Below are positions 12,235 through 24,400 of a stretch of DNA of 64,000 bases, piece by piece. Both the position numbers and the translations under genes were made by a program. Source of the stretch: Auanema rhodensis (lineage: Eukaryota; Animalia; Nematoda); assembly GCA_964057225.1 (NCBI GenBank), contig OZ059900.1, forward strand, positions 15,004,001 to 15,068,000, in the 5' to 3' direction. A model generated the notes under the pieces. The model did not search any database. It saw only the letters and a program-made list of their open reading frames with translations, and was not told where the DNA came from. Positions within the stretch are counted from its first letter, which is position 1. The number at the start of each line of letters is the position of its first letter.

Positions 12235-12306
12235 CTCCCCGGCCGGGAATTGAACCCGGGTCTCGCATGTGACAGACGCGGATACTCACCACTATACTAC
12301 CGAGGA
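12235..12306 (-). tRNA. tRNA-Asp-GTC: tRNA-Asp(GUC)
   Basis: as 101-172; last copy of left arm, 103 bp of native 5' flank retained. Confidence 0.95.
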
Positions 12307-12413
12307 TTGAATTTGCACTTAGAAACTTTCATTAAGAGTGTGAGTTTGAATTATAGTAGAAAAATGAAACACTGTCTCTAACATATCTTGATTTATGGCC
12401 TACTTTACTACTA

Positions 12414-15400
12414 AAATACTGTGTTTTTGTATTTTTCTAGTGTTCAGCATGTAAAATGCTTCATTTTAGTATGTAACACGCTGAAATTCGTTGCATTTGA
12501 CGACTCATATGAACAAAAATCGATTTAATCAATATTAGCCATAAGGGGCGTGCCCTCAGAATATGCTAATTTCCTTAATTTTCTAACCCCTGTTTTTTGT
12601 CGTGAAAGTGGAACTAGACGTTGTACGAACAATTTTGAGCTAGGTTTCATTGACATTGCATGAGTTTGAACACATGAAATCGTAAGTCAAAACCTTGTTT
12701 ACAGCGAAATTTCTAAAAACTGGTTTTCCAGCATAATAAAATATTTCTCATGGGAAATACTGTGTTTTTGTATTTTTCTAGTGTTCAGCATGTAAAATGC
12801 TTCATTTTAGTATGTAACACGCTGAAATTCGTTGCATTTGACGACTCATATGAACAAAAATCGATTTAATCAATATTAGCCATAAGGGGCGTGCCCTCAG
12901 AATATGCTAATTTCCTTAATTTTCTAACCCCTGTTTTTTTGTCGTGAAAGTGGGACTAGACGTTGTACAAACAATTTTGAGCTAGGTTTCATTGACATTG
13001 CATGAGTTTGAACACATGAAATCGTAAGTCAAAACCTTGTTTACAGCGAAATTTCCAAAAACTGGTTTTCCAGCATAATAAAATATTTCTCATGGGAAAT
13101 ACTGTGTTTTTGTATTTTTCTAGTGTTCAGCATGTAAAATGCTTCATTTTAGTATGTAACACGCTGAAATTCGTTGCATTTGACGACTCATATGAACAAA
13201 AATCGATTTAATCAATATTAGCCATAAGGGGCGTGCCCTCAGAATATGCTAATTTCCTTAATTTTCTAACCCCTGTTTTTTTGTCGTGAAAGTGGGACTA
13301 GACGTTGTACAAACAATTTTGAGCTAGGTTTCATTGACATTGCATGAGTTTGAACACATGAAATCGTAAGTCAAAACCTTGTTTACAGCGAAATTTCCAA
13401 AAACTGGTTTTCCAGCATAATAAAATATTTCTCATGGGAAATACTGTGTTTTTGTATTTTTCTAGTGTTCAGCATGTAAAATGCTTCATTTTAGTATGTA
13501 ACACGCTGAAATTCGTTGCATTTGACGACTCATATGAACAAAAATCGATTTAATCAATATTAGCCATAAGGGGCGTGCCCTCAGAATATGCTAATTCCCT
13601 TAATTTTCTAACCCCTGTTTTTTTGTCGTGAAAGTGGAACTAGACGTTGTACGAACAATTTTGAGCTAGGTTTCATTGACATTGCATGAGTTTGAACACA
13701 TGAAATCGTAAGTCAAAACCTTGTTTACAGCGAAATTTCCAAAAACTGGTTTTCCAGCATAATAAAATATTTCTCATGGGAAATACTGTGTTTTTGTATT
13801 TTTCTAGTGTTCAGCATGTAAAATGCTTCATTTTAGTATGTAACACGCTGAAATTCGTTGCATTTGACGACTCATATGAACAAAAATCGATTTAATCAAT
13901 ATTAGCCATAAGGGGCGTGCCCTCAGAATATGCTAATTCCCTTAATTTTCTAACCCCTGTTTTTTTGTCGTGAAAGTGGGACTAGACGTTGTACGAACAA
14001 TTTTGAGCTAGGTTTCATTGACATTGCATGAGTTTGAACACATGAAATCGTAAGTCAAAACCTTGTTTACAGCGAAATTTCCAAAAACTGGTTTTCCAGC
14101 ATAATAAAATATTTCTCATGGGAAATACTGTGTTTTTGTATTTTTCTAGTGTTTAGCATGTAAAATGCTTCATTTTAGTATGTAACACGCTGAAATTCGT
14201 TGCATTTGACGACTCATATGAACAAAAATCGATTTAATCAATATTAGCCATAAGGGGCGTGCCCTCAGAATATGCTAATTTCCTTAATTTTCTAACCCCT
14301 GTTTTTTTGTCGTGAAAGTGGAACTAGACGTTGTACGAACAATTTTGAGCTAGGTTTCATTGACATTGCATGAGTTTGAACACATGAAATCGTAAGTCAA
14401 AACCTTGTTTACAGCGAAATTTCCAAAAACTGGTTTTCCAACATATTAAAATATTTCTCATGGGAAATACTGTGTTTTTGTATTTTTCTAGTGTTCAGCA
14501 TGTAAAATGCTTCATTTTAGTATGTAACACGCTGAAATTCGTTGCATTTGACGACTCATATGAACAAAAATCGATTTAATCAATATTAGCCATAAGGGGC
14601 GTGCCCTCAGAATATGCTAATTCCCTTAATTTTCTAACCCCTGTTTTTTTGTCGTGAAAGTGGGACTAGACGTTGTACGAACAATTTTGAGCTAGGTTTC
14701 ATTGACATTGCATGAGTTTGAACACATGAAATCGTAAGTCAAAACCTTGTTTACAGCGAAATTTCCAAAAACTGGTTTTCCAGCATAATAAAATATTTCT
14801 CATGGGAAATACTGTGTTTTTGTATTTTTCTAGTGTTTAGCATGTAAAATGCTTCATTTTAGTATGTAACACGCTGAAATTCGTTGCATTTGACGACTCA
14901 TATGAACAAAAATCGATTTAATCAATATTAGCCATAAGGGGCGTGCCCTCAGAATATGCTAATTTCCTTAATTTTCTAACCCCTGTTTTTTTGTCGTGAA
15001 AGTGGAACTAGACGTTGTACGAACAATTTTGAGCTAGGTTTCATTGACATTGCATGAGTTTGAACACATGAAATCGTAAGTCAAAACCTTGTTTACAGCG
15101 AAATTTCCAAAAACTGGTTTTCCAGCATAATAAAATATTTCTCATGGGAAATACTGTGTTTTTGTATTTTTCTAGTGTTCAGCATGTAAAATGCTTCATT
15201 TTAGTATGTAACACGCTGAAATTCGTTGCATTTGACGACTCATATGAACAAAAATCGATTTAATCAATATTAGCCATAAGGGGCGTGCCCTCAGAATATG
15301 CTAATTCCCTTAATTTTCTAACCCCTGTTTTTTTGTCGTGAAAGTGGAACTAGACGTTGTACGAACAATTTTGAGCTAGGTTTCATTGACATTGCATGAG

Positions 15401-18400
15401 TTTGAACACATGAAATCGTAAGTCAAAACCTTGTTTACAGCGAAATTTCCAAAAACTGGTTTTCCAGCATAATAAAATATTTCTCATGGGAAATACTGTG
15501 TTTTTGTATTTTTCTAGTGTTCAGCATGTAAAATACTTCATTTTAGTATGTAACACGCTGAAATTCGTTGCATTTGACGACTCATATGAACAAAAATCGA
15601 TTTAATCAATATTAGCCATAAGGGGCGTGCCCTCAGAATATGCTAATTCCCTTAATTTTCTAACCCCTGTTTTTTTGTCGTGAAAGTGGAACTAGACGTT
15701 GTACGAACAATTTTGAGCTAGGTTTCATTGACATTGCATGAGTTTGAACACATGAAATCGTAAGTCAAAACCTTGTTTACAGCGAAATTTCCAAAAACTG
15801 GTTTTCCAGCATAATAAAATATTTCTCATGGGAAATACTGTGTTTTTGTATTTTTCTAGTGTTCAGCATGTAAAATGCTTCATTTTAGTATGTAACACGC
15901 TGAAATTCGTTGCATTTGACGACTCATATGAACAAAAATCGATTTAATCAATATTAGCCATAAGGGGCGTGCCCTCAGAATATGCTAATTCCCTTAATTT
16001 TCTAACCCCTGTTTTTTTGTCGTGAAAGTGGAACTAGACGTTGTACGAACAATTTTGAGCTAGGTTTCATTGACATTGCATGAGTTTGAACACATGAAAT
16101 CGTAAGTCAAAACCTTGTTTACAGCGAAATTTCCAAAAACTGGTTTTCCAGCATAATAAAATATTTCTCATGGGAAATACTGTGTTTTTGTATTTTTCTA
16201 GTGTTCAGCATGTAAAATACTTCATTTTAGTATGTAACACGCTGAAATTCGTTGCATTTGACGACTCATATGAACAAAAATCGATTTAATCAATATTAGC
16301 CATAAGGGGCGTGCCCTCAGAATATGCTAATTTCCTTAATTTTCTAACCTCTGTTTTTTTGTCGTGAAAGTGGGACTAGACGTTGTACGAACAATTTTGA
16401 GCTAGGTTTCATTGACATTGCATGAGTTTGAACACATGAAATCGTAAGTCAAAACCTTGTTTACAGCGAAATTTCCAAAAACTGGTTTTCCAGCATAATA
16501 AAATATTTCTCATGGGAAATACTGTGTTTTTGTATTTTTCTAGTGTTCAGCATGTGAAATGCTTCATTTTAGTATGTAACACGCTGAAATTCGTTGCATT
16601 TGACGACTCATATGAACAAAAATCGATTTAATCAATATTAGCCATAAGGGGCGTGCCCTCAGAATATGCTAATTCCCTTAATTTTCTAACCCCTGTTTTT
16701 TTGTCGTGAAAGTGGAACTAGACGTTGTACGAACAATTTTGAGCTAGGTTTCATTGACATTGCATGAGTTTGAACACATGAAATCGTAAGTCAAAACCTT
16801 GTTTACAGCGAAATTTCCAAAAACTGGTTTTCCAGCATAATAAAATATTTCTCATGGGAAATACTGTGTTTTTGTATTTTTCTAGTGTTCAGCATGTAAA
16901 ATGCTTCATTTTAGTATGTAACACGCTGAAATTCGTTGCATTTGACGACTCATATGAACAAAAATCGATTTAATCAATATTAGCCATAAGGGGCGTGCCC
17001 TCAGAATATGCTAATTTCCTTAATTTTCTAACCCCTGTTTTTTTGTCGTGAAAGTGGGACTAGACGTTGTACGAACAATTTTGAGCTAGGTTTCATTGAC
17101 ATTGCATGAGTTTGAACACATGAAATCGTAAGTCAAAACCTTGTTTACAGCGAAATTTCCAAAAACTGGTTTTCCAGCATAATAAAATATTTCTCATGGG
17201 AAATACTGTGTTTTTGTATTTTTCTAGTGTTCAGCATGTAAAATGCTTCATTTTAGTATGTAACACGCTGAAATTCGTTGCATTTGACGACTCATATGAA
17301 CAAAAATCGATTTAATCAATATTAGCCATAAGGGGCGTGCCCTCAGAATATGCTAATTTCCTTAATTTTCTAACCCCTGTTTTTTTGTCGTGAAAGTGGA
17401 ACTAGACGTTGTACGAACAATTTTGAGCTAGGTTTCATTGACATTGCATGAGTTTGAACACATGAAATCGTAAGTCAAAACCTTGTTTACAGCGAAATTT
17501 CCAAAAACTGGTTTTCCAGCATAATAAAATATTTCTCATGGGAAATACTGTGTTTTTGTATTTTTCTAGTGTTCAGCATGTAAAATGCTTCATTTTAGTA
17601 TGTAACACGCTGAAATTCGTTGCATTTGACGACTCATATGAACAAAAATCGATTTAATCAATATTAGCCATAAGGGGCGTGCCCTCAGAATATGCTAATT
17701 TCCTTAATTTTCTAACCCCTGTTTTTTGGCCGTGAAAGTGGGACTAGACGTTGTAAAAACAATTTTGAGCTAGGTTTTATTGACATTGCATGAGTTTGAA
17801 CACATGAAATCGTAAGTCAAAACCTTGTTTACAGCGAAATTTCCAAAAACTGGTTTTCCAGCATAATAAAATATTTCTCATGGGAAATACTGTGTTTTTG
17901 TATTTTTCTAGTGTTCAGCATGTAAAATGCTTCATTTTAGTATGTAACACGCTGAAATTCGTTGCATTTGACGACTCATATGAACAAAAATCGATTTAAT
18001 CAATATTAGCCATAAGGGGCGTGCCCTCAGAATATGCTAATTTCCTTAATTTTCTAACCCCTGTTTTTTTGTCGTGAAAGTGGGACTAGACGTTGTACGA
18101 ACAATTTTGAGCTAGGTTTCATTGACATTGCATGAGTTTGAACACATGAAATCGTAAGTCAAAACCTTGTTTACAGCGAAATTTCCAAAAACTGGTTTTC
18201 CAGCATAATAAAATATTTCTCATGGGAAATACTGTGTTTTTGTATTTTTCTAGTGTTCAGCATGTAAAATGCTTCATTTTAGTATGTAACACGCTGAAAT
18301 TCGTTGCATTTGACGACTCATATGAACAAAAATCGATTTAATCAATATTAGCCATAAGGGGCGTGCCCTCAGAATATGCTAATTTCCTTAATTTTCTAAC

Positions 18401-21400
18401 CCCTGTTTTTTTGTCGTGAAAGTGGGACTAGACGTTGTACGAACAATTTTGAGCTAGGTTTCATTGACATTGCATGAGTTTGAACACATGAAATCGTAAG
18501 TCAAAACCTTGTTTACAGCGAAATTTCCAAAAACTGGTTTTCCAGCATAATAAAATATTTCTCATGGGAAATACTGTGTTTTTGTATTTTTCTAGTGTTC
18601 AGCATGTAAAATGCTTCATTTTAGTATGTAACACGCTGAAATTCGTTGCATTTGACGACTCATATGAACAAAAATCGATTTAATCAATATTAGCCATAAG
18701 GGGCGTGCCCTCAGAATATGCTAATTCCCTTAATTTTCTAACCCCTGTTTTTTTGTCGTGAAAGTGGAACTAGACGTTGTACAAACAATTTTGAGCTAGG
18801 TTTCATTGACATTGCATGAGTTTGAACACATGAAATCGTAAGTCAAAACCTTGTTTACAGCGAAATTTCCAAAAACTGGTTTTCCAGCATAATAAAATAT
18901 TTCTCATGGGAAATACTGTGTTTTTGTATTTTTCTAGTGTTCAGCATGTAAAATGCTTCATTTTAGTATGTAACACGCTGAAATTCGTTGCATTTGACGA
19001 CTCATATGAACAAAAATCGATTTAATCAATATTAGCCATAAGGGGCGTGCCCTCAGAATATGCTAATTTCCTTAATTTTCTAACCCCTGTTTTTTTGTCG
19101 TGAAAGTGGAACTAGACGTTGTACGAACAATTTTGAGCTAGGTTTCATTGACATTGCATGAGTTTGAACACATGAAATCGTAAGTCAAAACCTTATTTAC
19201 AGCGAAATTTCCAAAAACTGGTTTTCCAGCATAATAAAATATTTCTCATGGGAAATACTTTGTTTTTGTATTTTTCTAGTGTTCAGCATGTAAAATGGTT
19301 CATTTTAGTGTATGTTACACGCTGAAATTCGTTGCATTTGACGACTCATATGAACAAAAATCGATTTAATCAATATTAGCCATAAGGGGCGTGCCCTCAG
19401 AATATGCTAATTTCCTTAATTTTTTAACCCCTGTTTTTTTGTCGTGAAAGTGGAACTAGACGTTGTACGAACAATTTTGAGCTAGGTTTCATTGACATTG
19501 CATGAGTTTGAACACATGAAATCGTAAGTCAAAACCTTGTTTACAGCGAAATTTCCAAAAACTGGTTTTCCAGCATAATAAAATATTTCTCATGGGAAAT
19601 ACTGTGTTTTTGTATTTTTCTAGTGTTCAGCATGTAAAATGCTTCATTTTAGTATGTAACACGCTGAAATTCGTTGCATTTGACGACTCATATGAACAAA
19701 AATCGATTTAATCAATATTAGCCATAAGGGGCGTGCCCTCAGAATATGCTAATTTCCTTAATTTTCTAACCCCTGTTTTTTGTCGTGAAAGTGGAACTAG
19801 ACGTTGTACGAACAATTTTGAGCTAGGTTTCATTGACATTGCATGAGTTTGAACACATGAAATCGTAAGTCAAAACCTAGTTTACAGCGAAATTTCCAAA
19901 AACTGGTTTTCCAGCATAATAAAATATTTCTCATGGGAAATACTGTGTTTTTGTATTTTTCTAGTGTTCAGCATGTGAAATGCTTCATTTTAGTATGTAA
20001 CACGCTGAAATTCGTTGCATTTGACGACTCATATGAACAAAAATCGATTTAATCAATATTAGCCATAAGGGGCGTGCCCTCAGAATATGCTAATTTCCTT
20101 AATTTTCTAACCCCTGTTTTTTGTCGTGAAAGTGGAACTAGACGTTGTACAAACAATTTTGAGCTAGGTTTTATTGACATTGCATGAGTTTGAACACATG
20201 AAATCGTAAGTCAAAACCTTGTTTAGAGCGAAATTTCCAAAAACTGGTTTTCCAGCATAATAAAATATTTCTCATGGGAAATACTGTGTTTTTGTATTTT
20301 TCTAGTGTTCAGCATGTAAAATGCTTCATTTTAGTATGTAACACGCTGAAATTCGTTGCATTTGACGACTCATATGAACAAAAATCGATTTAATCAATAT
20401 TAGCCATAAGGGGCGTGCCCTCAGAATATGCTAATTTCCTTAATTTTCTAACCCCTGTTTTTTTGTCGTGAAAGTGGAACTAGACGTTGTACGAACAATT
20501 TTGAGCTAGGTTTCATTGACATTGCATGAGTTTGAACACATGAAATCGTAAGTCAAAACCTTGTTTACAGCGAAATTTCCAAAAACTGGTTTTCCAGCAT
20601 AATAAAATATTTCTCATGGGAAATACTGTGTTTTTGTATTTTTCTAGTGTTCAGCATGTAAAATGCTTCATTTTAGTATGTAACACGCTGAAATTCGTTG
20701 CATTTGACGACTCATATGAACAAAAATCGATTTAATCAATATTAGCCATAAGGGGCGTGCCCTCAGAATATGCTAATTCCCTTAATTTTCTAACCCCTGT
20801 TTTTTTGTCGTGAAAGTGGAACTAGACGTTGTACAATCAATTTTGAGCTAGGTTTCATTGACATTGCATGAGTTTGAACACATGAAATCGTAAGTCAAAA
20901 CCTTGTTTACAGCGAAATTTCCAAAAACTGGTTTTCCAGCATAATAAAATATTTCTCATGGGAAATACTGTGTTTTTGTATTTTTCTAGTGTTCAGCATG
21001 TAAAATGCTTCATTTTAGTATGTAACACGCTGAAATTCGTTGCATTTGACGACTCATATGAACAAAAATCGATTTAATCAATATTAGCCATAAGGGGCGT
21101 GCCCTCAGAATATGCTAATTCCCTTAATTTTCTAACCCCTGTTTTTTTGTCGTGAAAGTGGAACTAGACGTTGTACAATCAATTTTGAGCTAGGTTTCAT
21201 TGACATTGCATGAGTTTGAACACATGAAATCGTAAGTCAAAACCTTGTTTACAGCGAAATTTCCAAAAACTGGTTTTCCAGCATATTAAAATATTTCTCA
21301 TGGGAAATACTGTGTTTTTGTATTTTTCTAGTGTTCAGCATGTAAAATGCTTCATTTTAGTATGTAACACGCTGAAATTCGTTGCATTTGACGACTCATA

Positions 21401-24400
21401 TGAACAAAAATCGATTTAATCAATATTAGCCATAAGGGGCGTGCCCTCAGAATATGCTAATTTCCTTAATTTTCTAACCCCTGTTTTTTGTCGTGAAAGT
21501 GGAACTAGACGTTGTACGAACAATTTTGAGCTAGGTTTCATTGACATTGCATGAGTTTGAACACATGAAATCGTAAGTCAAAACCTAGTTTACAGCGAAA
21601 TTTCCAAAAACTGGTTTTCCAGCATAATAAAATATTTCTCATGGGAAATACTGTGTTTTTGTATTTTTCTAGTGTTCAGCATGTGAAATGCTTCATTTTA
21701 GTATGTAACACGCTGAAATTCGTTGCATTTGACGACTCATATGAACAAAAATCGATTTAATCAATATTAGCCATAAGGGGCGTGCCCTCAGAATATGCTA
21801 ATTTTCTTAATTTTCTAACCCCTGTTTTTTGTCGTGAAAGTGGAACTAGACGTTGTACAAACAATTTTGAGCTAGGTTTTATTGACATTGCATGAGTTTG
21901 AACACATGAAATCGTAAGTCAAAACCTTGTTTAGAGCGAAATTTCCAAAAACTGGTTTTCCAGCATAATAAAATATTTCTCATGGGAAATACTGTGTTTT
22001 TGTATTTTTCTAGTGTTCAGCATGTAAAATGCTTCATTTTAGTATGTAACACGCTGAAATTCGTTGCATTTGACGACTCATATGAACAAAAATCGATTTA
22101 ATCAATATTAGCCATAAGGGGCGTGCCCTCAGAATATGCTAATTTCCTTAATTTTCTAACCCCTGTTTTTTTGTCGTGAAAGTGGAACTAGACGTTGTAC
22201 GAACAATTTTGAGCTAGGTTTCATTGACATTGCATGAGTTTGAACACATGAAATCGTAAGTCAAAACCTTGTTTACAGCGAAATTTCCAAAAACTGGTTT
22301 TCCAGCATAATAAAATATTTCTCATGGGAAATACTGTGTTTTTGTATTTTTCTAGTGTTCAGCATGTAAAATGCTTCATTTTAGTATGTAACACGCTGAA
22401 ATTCGTTGCATTTGACGACTCATATGAACAAAAATCGATTTAATCAATATTAGCCATAAGGGGCGTGCCCTCAGAATATGCTAATTCCCTTAATTTTCTA
22501 ACCCCTGTTTTTTTGTCGTGAAAGTGGAACTAGACGTTGTACAATCAATTTTGAGCTAGGTTTCATTGACATTGCATGAGTTTGAACACATGAAATCGTA
22601 AGTCAAAACCTTGTTTACAGCGAAATTTCCAAAAACTGGTTTTCCAGCATATTAAAATATTTCTCATGGGAAATACTGTGTTTTTGTATTTTTCTAGTGT
22701 TCAGCATGTAAAATGCTTCATTTTAGTATGTAACACGCTGAAATTCGTTGCATTTGACGACTCATATGAACAAAAATCGATTTAATCAATATTAGCCATA
22801 AGGGGCGTGCCCTCAGAATATGCTAATTCCCTTAATTTTCTAACCCCTGTTTTTTTGTCGTGAAAGTGGGACTAGACGTTGTACGAACAATTTTGAGCTA
22901 GGTTTCATTGACATTGCATGAGTTTGAACACATGAAATCGTAAGTCAAAACCTTGTTTACAGCGAAATTTCCAAAAACTGGTTTTCCAGCATAATAAAAT
23001 ATTTTTCATGGGAAATACTGTGTTTTTGTATTTTTCTAGTGTTCAGCATGTAAAATACTTCATTTTAGTATGTAACACGCTGAAATTCGTTGCATTTGAC
23101 GACTCATATGAACAAAAATCGATTTAATCAATATTAGCCATAAGGGGCGTGCCCTCAGAATATGCTAATTTCCTTAATTTTCTAACCTCTGTTTTTTTGT
23201 CGTGAAAGTGGGACTAGACGTTGTACGAACAATTTTGAGCTAGGTTTCATTGACATTGCATGAGTTTGAACACATGAAATCGTAAGTCAAAACCTTGTTT
23301 ACAGCGAAATTTCCAAAAACTGGTTTTCCAGCATAATAAAATATTTCTCATGGGAAATACTGTGTTTTTGTATTTTTCTAGTGTTCAGCATGTGAAATGC
23401 TTCATTTTAGTATGTAACACGCTGAAATTCGTTGCATTTGACGACTCATATGAACAAAAATCGATTTAATCAATATTAGCCATAAGGGGCGTGCCCTCAG
23501 AATATGCTAATTCCCTTAATTTTCTAACCCCTGTTTTTTTGTCGTGAAAGTGGAACTAGACGTTGTACGAACAATTTTGAGCTAGGTTTCATTGACATTG
23601 CATGAGTTTGAACACATTAAATCGTAAGTCAAAACCTTGTTTACAGCGAAATTTCCAAAAACTGGTTTTCCAGCATAATAAAATATTTCTCATGGGAAAT
23701 ACTGTGTTTTTGTATTTTTCTAGTGTTCAGCATGTAAAATGCTTCATTTTAGTATGTAACACGCTGAAATTCGTTGCATTTGACGACTCATATGAACAAA
23801 AATCGATTTAATCAATATTAGCCATAAGGGGCGTGCCCTCAGAATATGCTAATTTCCTTAATTTTCTAACCCCTGTTTTTTTGTCGTGAAAGTGGGACTA
23901 GACGTTGTACGAACAATTTTGAGCTAGGTTTCATTGACATTGCATGAGTTTGAACACATGAAATCGTAAGTCAAAACCTTGTTTACAGCGAAATTTCCAA
24001 AAACTGGTTTTCCAGCATAATAAAATATTTCTCATGGGAAATACTGTGTTTTTGTATTTTTCTAGTGTTCAGCATGTAAAATGCTTCATTTTAGTATGTA
24101 ACACGCTGAAATTCGTTGCATTTGACGACTCATATGAACAAAAATCGATTTAATCAATATTAGCCATAAGGGGCGTGCCCTCAGAATATGCTAATTTCCT
24201 TAATTTTCTAACCCCTGTTTTTTTGTCGTGAAAGTGGAACTAGACGTTGTACGAACAATTTTGAGCTAGGTTTCATTGACATTGCATGAGTTTGAACACA
24301 TGAAATCGTAAGTCAAAACCTTGTTTACAGCGAAATTTCCAAAAACTGGTTTTCCAGCATAATAAAATATTTCTCATGGGAAATACTGTGTTTTTGTATT

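Larger units (their letters stand above)
1..12409 (-). repeat. tRNA-Asp(GUC) gene tandem array, left arm (438-bp unit, 28 tRNA copies, open at window start)
   Basis: Near-identical 438-bp period (occasional 1-bp indels); each unit has one tRNA cloverleaf plus a 366-bp AT-rich spacer; homology to the unit stops after ...ggcctactttact at 12409. Confidence 0.97.

Noticed and set aside
12581-12592. Telomere-like CTAACCC in the monomer
   Set aside because: A single hexamer per monomer, not tandem, and not the nematode TTAGGC repeat.
12827-12843. CENP-B box-like motif ATTCGTTGCATTTGACG in the satellite
   Set aside because: It shares TTCG....A but lacks the essential CGGG; 171-bp length alone does not imply homology to primate alpha satellite.
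23602-23811. 69-aa ORF in the satellite
   Set aside because: Created by a single substitution (cacatga to cacatta) that removes a stop in one monomer.
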